64,000 nucleotides of DNA from Heptranchias perlo (taxonomy: Eukaryota): the NCBI RefSeq assembly GCF_035084215.1, contig NC_090327.1, positions 121,706,001-121,770,000 of the forward strand, given 5' to 3'. A program made the position numbers and the translations under genes. Shown piece after piece: positions 52,473-64,000 of the stretch (position 1 is its first letter; every line of letters starts with the position of its first letter). A model generated the notes under the pieces. That model was given only the letters and a program-made list of their open reading frames with translations, was not told the origin of the DNA and ran no database searches.

Positions 52473-52785
52473 TACAGAAGAAAGCGGTAAAATTAGAAAG
52501 CGAGAAGTGTGAGAGCAAATACCGATTACAAAACTGCGTGATAGGAGTGAAAACACAGCAAGAGCGAAGGAGTAGTTTAATTTCTTCAATGTTGCTCATG
52601 CAACACTTTTAATTTAATAAAACGCGCCCCATCTGTAGTTTACAATAGGTTTGAACTTCTGCGGCTCCCACCTCCTATACATCAATGAAAAAAACCACTC
52701 AACCACCGTGTAAAGAGCGGCGAGGCAAAGATCCAGATGATGAACAGATCGCGGTACCGCCAGGAAGCGGGACCGTTTTACATTG

Positions 52786-52834
52786 ACTGGGTTTGGAGAT
52801 GCGCGTCATTTCCTTTTAACCTCCAACCACCTGG
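52786..52834 (+). promoter_or_regulatory. V9 promoter motif (CTGGGTTTGGAG...CGTCATTTCCT...CACCTG)
   Basis: Shared motif plus CRE half-site and E-box. Confidence 0.55.
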
Positions 52835-52874
52835 TTAAATAGAGCGAGTACATCCTAATCTTCACTACTGCATC

Positions 52875-53291
52875 ATGTCGTTCCATTGTCTGGTTATTGT
52901 GCTGATACTTTGCCCCAGTAAGTCTTCAGGAATCAGTTTGTTTGTGATTTCTGTCTATCGTTCAAAACCATATCGTTTTTCTGTGTGTTACATTTGCAGG
53001 TGGATATTTTTCCGAGGTCTTGAAGCAGTTTCCAATCTCGATCACCAAACCCAATACCACAACGGTCAGAATACAATGCGTGACACAGGACACAGAAACT
53101 ATCCACTGGTACCAGCACCAACCTAACGAGGCGCCAAGAAGAATAATCCAATATCGCAACAGCGGAATGGTGTTGGATCCTGGAATTTCTACCAAATTCT
53201 CAGCGGAGAAGAGTGACTCGTCATTCTTTCTTGTAATTGATAACATTGAACTGGCTGATTCTGCCACGTATTACTGTGCCTACTGGATCTC
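52875..53291 (+). CDS. TRGV: TCR gamma V segment V9 (leader 52875-52917, intron 52918-52999, V exon 53000-53291)
   Basis: MSFHCLVIVLILCPSGYFSEVLKQFPISITKPNTTTVRIQCVTQDTETIHWYQH...DSATYYCAYWI. Donor GTAAGT. Confidence 0.9.
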
Positions 53292-53330
53292 CACAGTATG
53301 AAACAACGATAAAAACGCCTTACAAAAACC
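53292..53330 (+). other. 23-RSS of V9 (CACAGTA-23-ACAAAAACC)
   Basis: Heptamer has one mismatch at position 7; consensus nonamer. Confidence 0.92.
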
Positions 53331-55509
53331 CCCAGGCCTCCTCGCTGCTCAGCGCAGTTACGCACGTTCACAGGGCTCCTTATTCCGGGAAGGTGTGATT
53401 CAAAAAGTATTTTTGCAGGAGTTCCAAATAACTTTTATTTCAGAATTTACAGTAGAAATAAATCGAGTTGGGGTTTTTAAAATCCAGGGATTCATGTGGA
53501 CAAAGGGAATGTGGAAATACGGTGCCGGGAAATCCGTCTCTCTGACGCCTCATTGGTTGTGTTCCATACTTTTATAAAAATCTATTTTATCAGTTATTTC
53601 ATTCACAGGAACCAAAACTCACTTAGTTCCTTGGAGCTTTGTTAAACGGTGGATGAATCTATGATTCTTTACGACTTATATTTTATATTTGGTTCCAAGT
53701 TATGTATTTAAATAGGAGACAAATGTTTTTAAATTCCTTCTCATCTTGTTAAGGTGAGGTCGTCAATGCTTTGTAATCTGTTTCTGCGAGTTCTTATTTT
53801 CAAAATGAGCAAATTGTAAATATCTGTAAATTAATCACTAATCAATCACTAATCACAGCTTCGGTGCTTGCTTTAAAGTGCATTTTTGGTAACAACTATT
53901 TTGGCGCGAGATCCAACACATGAGGCCAATGTCCCGCTTCAATTCCTTACTGGGAATTCCCCATTGGACCCTTCGCTGTCTCACTGATGAGCGATGCTCA
54001 CACTTTCCAAACAATTGTTGATTTCTTCCATTTTGGACCAGAAGTAAAAAAAATTCGTTGATTTCCATGATTTTCTCCGATTGTTAATGACAACCAGTTT
54101 ATTTTCTGGGTATAATCTACATATAGTTTACAATGGGATAAACGGACAAAGTGAGATTGTCGTTATGTTAAACTTTCTTTGGAAAGTCCTGCATTAAAAA
54201 GAAAACGCGGGCTATAATTGATCGACGGTATTTTCTCTTTTTTATTGAACTTATTGAACTCTCAAAAACGTGCGTTCACATACACATCTTATGAAGCAGT
54301 GCATTACATAAGGTCCACGTTCACACATACATTACGTGGAAGTTATGTTCCTTTATTATTTTGTGAACCCAGAGTACATTCGAAGTTGCGTTGAGCTTGT
54401 GGGAGTAGTGTGTGACTCATCCCGATTTGTGTGTTCACAAGCGTTGTGGTAGATTGCTTGCTCTTGGTTTCTGGAGATTAGTCAGACCTGTGGACGGTAG
54501 GGAGACTCTCCAAACTAGTGAAGATGTTGTTTGGGGGTCATTACACTTCATGATCGCTGGGCTGGTTCCTGTGGTGCTGAGGGTGGGGGGGGGGGGGGGC
54601 GGAGGCTGGGATGTGCCAAGTGTCCCTCCAAGATAGGACCCCAGGTTGACTGACATGTTTCTAGTTCCAGGAGTAGGCCGAACATCACTCATTGTGATTG
54701 GCAGATATCCGCATTTTACCGAGGCTGTTCACTTCACCTCCTGTGGGGGGAGTGACTGGTGTGATGTTGAGCTTGTTGCATCTGTCAGTGCACCACCCCC
54801 ATCTGCGAAATGGGGTCAGCCAAATCCCTCTGAACACCAACCAGCGCAACCATTTGAGAGGGGCGTGGGGCATTTGTGGGATTTGGACCAGGGATGCAAG
54901 GGCAACATAACCTATTCCAAAAAAAGATTGTGGGGAGGACAACCTCCCCCCCCCCCCCCGCCATCTCTCCCCAACAGTGAAGCATCTGTGTTACTTTGCA
55001 TGTTATTATTTTGAAATTGTACACAGTCCTTCAAAAGTTTTCTTTGTTGCCTGGTAGGTAGCGAATAGGAGCAAAAATTAAAATTAGAAGCAGAAACACA
55101 GATAAAGAAGACGAGCAGCTGGTGTTTGGAGCAGATGGCTTCTGAGCTGCTAGAATGGCACCAGTGGTTATACAAAGAAAGGCAGCGAATTGGGGATGCA
55201 ATGTGTAGGATATAAGGTTAGGTAGGTTTTCTGAAGTTTTACTTAATTTATCTTTGGAGAGCAGGGTGAAACTTTGTAGAAACTTTCCTCAGCAGGTGAC
55301 AGACTGGATAAAGCACATTACAGAGGAGGTTTTTGTGGGTTTTTTTTTAAAAGGATCAGGCTTCATGGACCTGGTGCCCTATACTTATGTTCACAGATGT
55401 GAGCCTGATTCACTTATGCCTTCGAAGCACATGAATTATCTGGTCAATTTCACATGTGGAACTGAAAATGATATTGTACGGTTAGCCAGGGCACATTAAA
55501 GGTAAGAAA

Positions 55510-55802
55510 GAAGAACGAACTTGCATTTACATAACACTTTTCATGAACTCGGGACTTCCCAAATGCTTCACAGTCATTGAAGTGCAGTCACTTTTGTAAA
55601 GTAGAAATATGCAGCAGCCAATTTGCACACAGCAAGGTCCCTCAAACATCAATGAGCAAAATGCAAAAAATAACCTGTTTTAGGACATCGGTTGAGGGAT
55701 AAATATTGGCCAGGGCAAGGGAGAACTCCCCTACTCTCTGAATAGTGCCATGGGATCTTCTACCTCCACCTGAGGGGGCAGACAGGGCCTCAGTTTAATG
55801 TC
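55510..55802 (-). mobile_element. Partial Deu-type SINE
   Basis: atattggccagggcaagggagaactcccctactc...gtgccatgggatc core. Confidence 0.65.
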
Positions 55803-55995
55803 AGGAGAGAGAGAGAGAGCGGGGAAGAGGAGAAAGAAAGAAAAAGAGAAAAAGAGAGTCTCAGTAGCCTCGATGCTAAACATGTCCAACCAATGCAGAG
55901 CAGCAATCAACAAAGCCAATACTATGTTGAACCACAGTAGCCAAAGTAGTGAATAAAAGTCTGAGGAGGTAATGATCAAACTGTACAGGGCACTA

Positions 55996-56568
55996 GGAAC
56001 ATAGAAACAGGAGGAGGCCATTTAGCTCCTCGAGCCTGTTCTGCCATCCAATGAGATCATGGCTGATCTGTATCCTAACTCCATCCACCCGCCTTGACTC
56101 CATATCCCTTAATACCCTTGGTTAGCAAAAATCTATCCATCTCAGATTTAAAATTATTAATTGAGTTTCCATCTATTGCTTTTTATGGGAGAGAGTTCCA
56201 CACTTCTTTTATCCTTTGTGTGATGAAGTGTTTCCCAACTTCTCCCCTGAATGGCCTGGCTCTGATTTTAAGGTTATGTCCCATTGTCCTATACATCCCC
56301 ACCAGTGGAAAAAGTTTCTCTCTATCTACCCTATCAATTCGTTTCAAAATCCTAAAAACCTCAATCAAATCACCCCTTAACCTTCTATATTCCAGGGAAT
56401 ATAAGCCTAGTTTACATAATCTCTTCTCATAACCTAACCCTTGGAGTCTTGTAACATTCTGGTGAATCTGCACTGCACTCCTTCCAAGGTCAATATATCC
56501 TTTCTAAGGTGCGGTGCCCAGAACTGTACACAATACTCTAGATATGGTCTAACCAGGGCTTTGTACAG
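55996..56568 (-). mobile_element. CR1 3' fragment nested in an older + strand CR1 (~55885-56830)
   Basis: Host ctgtacagggcacta|gttagaccac is split by the insert. Confidence 0.8.
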
Positions 56569-56854
56569 TTAGACCACATTGAGCACTGTCTCCAATTCTA
56601 GTCATCCAGTCACACAGGAGGCATTAAAGCATTGGAGGCAGTACACAGAAGAGTTAAAAGGCTGGTTCTACTGTCAGGGGTCTGAATTATGAGGAAAGAT
56701 TGAAGAGACTTGGGCTCTTGATTCTGTTCAGGAGGAGTCTGAGAGATGTTCTTTAAGCAGGTGTGTAAGATTGTTACTGAAATGGAAAAGGTAGATCTGT
56801 AATGCCTCTATAAATTAAACTGCAAGAGTAGGATAACAGTACTTGATTTTTAGA

Positions 56855-59520
56855 AAAGATAGGCAAAATGGAAAAGAATGGGGGGGGGGGGGGGTGGTGG
56901 AGTAGCCCTTTTAAGAAAAGATGAGATAAAGGCAGTAGTGAGAAAGGATCTTAGCTCAGAAAAATCAGGATGTAGAATCAGTATGGGTGGAGATAAGAAA
57001 TAACATGGGGCAAAAAACATTGGTGGGAGTAGTCTATAGGCCCCCTAACAGTAGTTAGTGTTGGACATTATAAATCAGTAAATTAGAACATGTAACAAGG
57101 GTAATGCAATAATCATGGGGGACTTTAATCTTCATATAGATGGGCAAACAAATTGGCAAAAGTAGTATGGAGGGCGAGTTCATGGAATGCATTCAAGATA
57201 GTTTCCTAGAAAAATGTTCAGGGAACAGGCTATTTTAGATCTAGCATTGTGTAATGAGACAGGGTTACTTAGTAATCTTATAGTTAAGAATCCTCTGGGG
57301 AAGAGTGATCATAATATGATGAATTTCATACAGAGTTTGATGTAGTTAAGTCCAAAACTAGGGTCTTAAATTTAAACAAAGCCAATTACGTAGGTATGAG
57401 GGGAGAGTTGGCTAACGTAGATTGGGAAATTAGATTAAAAGATATGATGGTAGATAAGTAATGACAAACATTTAAAGAAATAATTCATAATTCTCAACAA
57501 ATATATATTCCCTTGTGGAATAAAAGCTCCATGGGAAAATTGATCCAACTATGGCTAACGAGAGAAGTTAAGGATAGTAATAGATTGAAATAAGAGGCTT
57601 ACAATGTTGCCAAAAAGTGTAGTAAGCCTGCGGATTGAGAGGGTTTTAGAAATCAGCAAAAGGTGACCAAGAAATTGATAGAGGGAGAAAATTGAATATG
57701 AGCGTAAACTAGCAAGAAATATAGAAACAGATAAGAGCTTCTACAAGTATGTAAAAAGGAAGAGATTAGTGAAAGTAAATGTGGGTCCCTTAGAGGCAGA
57801 TACGGGGAAATTATAATGGGGAATAAGGAAATGGCAGAGACATTAAGCAAATATTTTGTGTTTGTCTTCACAGAAGACACAAAAAACATAGCAGAAATAG
57901 TGTGGAACCGAAGGTCAAATGAGAGTGAGGAACCCTAAAGTAATCAAGATTAGTAAAGAAAAAGTACTGGACAAATTAATGGGAATAAAAGCCGACAAAT
58001 CCCCTCGTCCTGATGGCCTACATGCTAGGGTTTTAAAAGAGGTGGCTGCATAAATAGTGGATGCATTGGTTTTGATCTTCCAGAATTCCCTAGATTCTAA
58101 AACAGTCCCTGTGGATTGGAGGTAGCAAATATAGCCCCACCACTCAAGAAAGGAGGGAGAGAGAAAATAGGGAATTACAAGCCTGACATCAGTAGTAGGG
58201 AAAATGCTAGAATCTATTAAGGACGTAGTAACAGGGCACTTAGAAAATCACATTATGGTTAGGCAGAGTCAAAATGGTTTTCTGAAAGGGAAATCGTGTT
58301 TACAAATCTATTAGAGTTTTTTGAGGGTGTAACCAGCAGGATAGATAATGGGGAACCAGTGGATGTAGTTTATTTGGATTTTCAAAAGGCATTTGATAAG
58401 GCACCACACAAGAGGATGTTACACAAGATTAGGGCTCATGGGATTGGGGGTATTTATATAAGCATGGATTGAGGATTGGTTAACAAACAGAAAACAGAGT
58501 AGGAATAAATGGGTAATTTTTTGGGTTCGCTGGATGTAACTATTGGGGTGCCACAAGGATCAGTGCTTGGGCCTCAGCTGTTTACAATATATATCAGTGC
58601 CTTAGATGATGGAACTGAGTTTAATGTATCCAAGTTTGCTGATGATACAAAGCTAGGTGGGAAAGCAAGCTGCGAGGAAGATGCAAAGGGATATAGATAG
58701 GTTAAGTGAGTGGGCGAGAAGGTGGCAGATGGAGTATAATGTGGGGAAATGTGAAATTATCCACTTTGATAGGAAGGATAGAAAAGCAGAATATTTTTAA
58801 GAGGTGAGAGGCTAAGAAATGTTGGTAGTCAGAGGGATTTATGTGTCCTTGTACACAAATCACAGAAAGTTAATATGCAGGTTTAGCAAGCAATTAGGAA
58901 GGCAAATGGTATGTTAGCCTTTATTGCAAGGGGTTGGAGTATAAGAGTAAGGAGGTCTTGCTGCAATTATATGGGGCTCTGGTGAAACCACACCTGGAGT
59001 ACTGTGTACAATTTTGGTCTCCTTACCTAAGGAAGGGTATACTTGTGTTAGACGGATGCAACAAAGGTTCACTGGATTGATTCCTGGGATGAGTAGAATA
59101 GGCCTATATTCTCCGGAGTTTAGAAAAATGAGAGGTGATCTCATTGAAATGTACAATATTTTTTTTAATAAGAGGTCTTGACAGAATAGATCCTGAGAGG
59201 CTGTTTCCTCTGGCTGGAGAGTCTAGAACTAGGGGGCATTGTCTCAAGATAAGGGATCAGCCATTTAGGACCGAGATGAGGAAAAAAAATCTTCACTCAG
59301 AGGGCTGTGAATCTTTGGAATTCTCTACCCCAGAGTGCTGTGGATGCTCAATCATTGAGTATATTAAAGACTGAGATTGATGGACATTTGAATACTAAGG
59401 GAATCAAGAGATATGGGGATAGGGCAGGAAAGTGGAGTTGAGATAGAAGATCAGCCATGACCTTATTGAATGTCAGAGCAGACTGAAGAGGTCGTATGGC
59501 CTACTCCTGCTCCCGGTTCT
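56855..59520 (+). mobile_element. Degenerate CR1 ORF2 and 3' end
   Basis: Endonuclease and RT remnants ([23 protein letters not shown]). Confidence 0.85.
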
Positions 59521-59737
59521 TTGGGCAATGGAACGCAGGTCCAAACCAGTAAAAGGTAACTAGGGCTGACATCAGGAAGTTGGTCACCAAGCGAGTGATC
59601 TTGGAATGGGTTTCAGGACAGAGTGATTGAGATGATGGTCTGACTTAAGTGTGTTAACTGATCACAATGAACAACAAGATGAAACGTCACAACCACCAAA
59701 TGGAAATGACACCCATCAGGCCACGTAGAGATTCAAC

Positions 59738-59769
59738 ATTGGGTGAGGCCGATTGACACCATTTCCTGT
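59738..59769 (+). promoter_or_regulatory. V10 promoter motif (ATTGGGTGAG...ATTTCCTGT)
   Basis: Same motif and spacing as V1 and V2. Confidence 0.6.
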
Positions 59770-59833
59770 ATCTCAACAGCCCAGTTAATAGGTATTTGTA
59801 AACCTGAATCAGTTCGCTGTTAGACACATAAAC

Positions 59834-60273
59834 ATGGAGGACCTCGTCGTTGTGATTTTCTTGATCGCCTTCCTCGGTATTTTAGTTCCAACTGATAATT
59901 TTCCTCAATCGCTGGCCGCAACATTGTGAAATAATTTGATTGCTTTGTATTATTTTCTCCTGCAGGTAAATCTGTTGCTCAAACCTTGACACAGTCTCAA
60001 TTATCCATAACCAGACCGCCGATGAAACCTGTACGGTTTTATTGTAAGGTTGACGCGACAAACTTCGAGAATGCAGTTATACACTGGTACCGACAGACTT
60101 CGGGTCAAGGGCTGCAGCGCATGTTATATTTTAAGACTCCAGCCGACACGGGGAAGGATATATCCGACAAACTGTTCTTTGCTGAAAAAGTGGTTGAAAC
60201 CAAATCCTGCAATCTGCTCATAAGCAATATCCAGGAGGACGATGCCGGGATCTATTACTGTGCTTACTGGAGC
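59834..60273 (+). CDS. TRGV: TCR gamma V segment V10 (leader 59834-59876, intron 59877-59965, V exon 59966-60273)
   Basis: MEDLVVVIFLIAFLGKSVAQTLTQSQLSITRPPMKPVRFYC...AVIHWYRQ...DAGIYYCAYWS. Donor GTATTT, acceptor ctcctgcAG. Confidence 0.9.
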
Positions 60274-60312
60274 CACAGTGACTGCGAGCTATGGAAAACC
60301 TATACAAAAACC
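60274..60312 (+). other. 23-RSS of V10
   Basis: CACAGTG, 23 nt, ACAAAAACC. Confidence 0.95.
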
Positions 60313-60654
60313 CATCACGAACAACATCAATGTGTCTCATTCTGTGCAAGCTGTTAACACACAAACCACAGGGGCAGCATTTGGAGATTTCCACTAACAG
60401 CTGCTTTTAACACCACCGTGAGCCGGACAGATAGTTTGTTATTTTCACGATGTTATTTGCACATTATTTTTGACTGAGATGAACAAAATAGCTTTGTTAA
60501 ACGCGTGAAATATAACTATCACAGATCTCTCTTTATTCCATGAATTGATATACAGATCATTTACTGTTGAAACCAACAGCTCCGTCCCCTGCAGCACATT
60601 CGAGAAACCCCATATAAAAAGTTTCACGGTCACACGGCCATCAATGAACAGGAG

Positions 60655-63200
60655 ACATAAGAAGATAAGAAATAGGAGCAGGAGTAGGCCATACGGCCCC
60701 TCGAGCCTGCTCTGCCATTCAATGAAGATCATGGCTGATCTTCGACCTCAACTCCACTTTCCCGTCTGATCCCCACATCCCTTGATTCCCTTAGAGTCCA
60801 AAAATCTATCGATCTCAGTCTTGAATATACTCAACGACTGAGCTTCTGGGGTAGAGAATTCCAAAGATTCACAACCCTCTGAGTGAAGAATTTTTTCCTC
60901 ATCTCAGTTCTAAACTCTCCAGCCAGGGGAAACAGCCTCTCAGCATCTACCCTGTCAAGCCCTCGCAGAATTTTATATGTTTCAATGAAATCACCTTTCA
61001 TTCTTCTAAATTCCAGAGAATATAGGCCCATTCTACACAATCTCTCCTCATAGGACAACCCTCTCATCCCAGGAATCAATCTACTGAACGTTCATTGCAC
61101 CCCCTCTAAAGGCAAGTATATCCTTCCTTAGGTAAGGAGACCAAAAACTGTACACAGTACTCCAGGTGTGGTCTCATCAGAGCCCTATATAATTGCAGCA
61201 AGACTTCCTTACTCTTATACTCCAACCCTCTTGCAATAAAGGCTAACATACCATTTGCCTTCCTAATTGCTTGCTGTATCTGCATGTTAACTTTTTGTGA
61301 TTCATGTACAAGGACACCCAAGTCCCTCTGAACACCAACATTTCTTAGTCTATCACTTTTTAAAAAATATTTTGCTTTCCTATTCTTCCTACCAAATGTG
61401 AATAATTTCACATTTCCCCACATTATACACCATCTGCCACCATCTTGCCCACTCATTTAACCTGTCTATATTCCTGTGCAGCATCTTTGCATCCTCCTCA
61501 CAGCTTACTTTCCCACCTAGCTTTCAATCATCAGCAAACTTCAGAAGCCAGCACGGACTCAACTTCAAAATTTGAAGATGACACAAAACTTGAATGTGTA
61601 GAGAACAGTGAGGAGGATAGTGATAGACTCCAGAAGACATAGACTGGCTGGTGGAACAAGCGGACACATGGCAGATGAAATTTAATGCAGAGAAGTGCAA
61701 AGTGATACATTTTGGTAGGAAGTATGAGGAGAGGCAATATAAACTAAAGGGTACAATTCTAAAGGGGGTGCAGGAACAGAGAGACCTGGGGGATATGTGA
61801 ATAGATCATTGAAGGTGGCAGGGCAGGTTGAGAAAGTGGCTAAAAAGAAGCATATGGGATCCTGGGCTTTATAAATAGAGGCATAGAGTACAAAAGCAAC
61901 GAAGTTATGATGAACATTAATAAAACACTGGTTTGGCCACAACTGGAGTATTGTGTCCAATTCTGGGCACCACACTTTAGGGAGGATGTGAAGGCTTTGG
62001 AGAGGGTGCAGAAAAGATTTACTAGAATGGCTCCAGGGATGATGGACTTCATTTATGTGGTTAGACAGGAGAAGCTGGGGTTGTTCTCCTTAGAGCAGAG
62101 AAGTTGAGAGGAGATTTGATAGAGGTGTTCAAAATCATGAGGGGTCTAGACAGAGTAGATAGAGAAACTGTTCCCATTGGCGGAAGGGTCGAGAACCAGA
62201 GGACACAGATTTAAGGTGATTGGCAAAAGAACCAAAGGTGACATGAGGAGTATTTTTTTACGCAGCGAGTGGTTGTGATCTGGAATTCACTACCTGAGGG
62301 GGTGGTGGAGGCAGGTTCAATCATGGCTTTCAAAAAGGGAATTGGATAAGTACTTGAAAGAAAAAAATTTGCAGGGCTACAGGGAAAGGGCGGGGGAATG
62401 TGACTCGCTGGATTGCTCTTACAGAGAGTGGACAGGGACTCAATGGGCCGAATGGCCTCCTTTTGTGTTGTAACCATTCTATGATTATATGATTCTATGA
62501 AACGTGGATACATTACACTCAGTCCCCTGATCTAAGTCATTGATATATATTGTAAAATTGCTGAGGCCCAAGCACTGGTCCTTGCAGCACCCCACTGGTT
62601 TCAACCTGCCAACCCAAAATGACCCGCATATTCCTACTCTGTTTTCTGTCCATTAACCAATTCTCAATCCATTCTAATATATTACCCCCAATCCCATGAG
62701 CCCTAACCTTGTGCAACAACCTCGTGTGGCACCTTATCGAATGCCTTTTGAAAATCCAAACATACTACATCCACTGGTTCCCCCTTTTCTACCCTGCTAG
62801 TTACAAACTCAAATATTTTTTTAAATAGATATGTCAAACACGATTTCCCTATCATAAATCCGTGTTGACTCTGCCTAATCATACGATTTTCTAAGCACCC
62901 TGTTACTAAGTCCTTACTAATAGATTCTAGCATTTTCCCTACTACTGATATGAGGCTAACTGGTATATAGTTCCCTGTTTTCTCTCTCCTTCCTTTCTTT
63001 AATAGCGGGGTTACATTTGCGAACTTCCAACCCACGGGGACCATTCTAGAATCTAAGGAATTCTGGAAGATCATAACCAATGCATCCACTATCTCTGCAG
63101 CCATCACTTTTAAAATCCTACAATGTCGGCCATCAGGCCCCATTAATTTCTCCAGTACTTTTTCCCTTACTAATCTTAATTACTTTAAGTTCCTCACTCT
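60655..63200 (-). mobile_element. CR1 host split by a nested + strand CR1 at ~61541-62499
   Basis: Host catcagcaaactt|...ggatacattacactc; insert ends in attctatg repeats. Confidence 0.85.
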
Positions 63201-64000
63201 CTTAAAGCAACAAACCAACTCCAATTACAGTCACAACCCAAACACCAGTGACAGGAGCCATTCGTTTTCCACTCTGCCTTTTTTTCAAACCTCCAGATTT
63301 TAATTCTAATCAACCAATGGTTCTCTTTAACATCTAGCCCCATATCACACATAACAGTGACTTTCTGAGGATGGGTCAGCATTCTCTCCCACCAGTTAAA
63401 TACCATAAATACCATAGTTCATGGGTTCCCAGATTGTATCCTCTGCACAATAAGATTGATATAGCAACCTTATTTTAAATGCACTATTTTCATCACACTA
63501 CCTCCCCATTCGCCTTCCAGGGGAAGGATGAAAATTGGCCTCACTGTGTACTTAAAGTGACTTATGAAGGATGAGTTTGATTCTTAGAGTTGTGTTCTTT
63601 GTTTATCATTGTGTACTCGAGGTGTTAGGTGGCATGCTGTCTATTGTAAATAACCAGCCATATTACATAATGTTATCTGCTTGTTCATCTTTTTAAACTA
63701 AATTCTCTTGATATTTTAAACTTAAAACGAACTCTAATGGAATGCTTTTTCGCCCCTGAAGACTAGGGTGAGAACTTATGATATAAGGTAAGAGCAGTAG
63801 CTAAAAGCAACTACCAGACAGGGTTTGCTGTTCATTTCTCAAACACATTGCTGAAAGCTTACCTAGAATCTCGAGGCAAGGATAGCGGCCCCGAAATTCC
63901 ATGCAGAGTTGTGCGGATTTATGCAAATATATCAGGAATTTCACCCACAGATGCTCCACGGGGTTGTATCTGGCATCATTTCCTGTGTCGGTTTATTTAC

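Noticed and set aside
55328-55366. GGTTTTTGT, a possible J or D nonamer
   Set aside because: No CACTGTG-like heptamer at 12 or 23 nt and no FGxG J motif.

Overview
Vertebrate genomic DNA, most likely cartilaginous fish (inferred from the repeat families and the V sequences). The window holds part of a T-cell receptor gamma V-segment array. There are ten + strand germline V segments, numbered V1-V10 here by position. Each has a 34-43 nt leader exon, a phase-1 GT-AG intron, a V exon with C...(I/V/T)HWY...YYCAxW motifs and a 3' heptamer. Nine have a complete 23-bp-spacer RSS; V5 has lost its nonamer. The ten segments fall into about six sequence families. Six of them (V3-V8) come from a tandem triplication of a two-V cassette (~14.3-50.8 kb) whose junctions lie inside CR1 LINE fragments. 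I found no D, J or C segment. Most remaining sequence is CR1 LINEs (one full-length copy at 41925-46600, several nested), a second LINE family, L2 remnants and tRNA-derived Deu-type SINEs. I found no wholly new biological system. The best leads are the CR1-mediated cassette amplification, framework-only tandem substitutions between V paralogues, a shared V promoter motif that predicts an 11th V just past the window, and CR1 copies inserted antisense into CR1 hosts at the homologous position.
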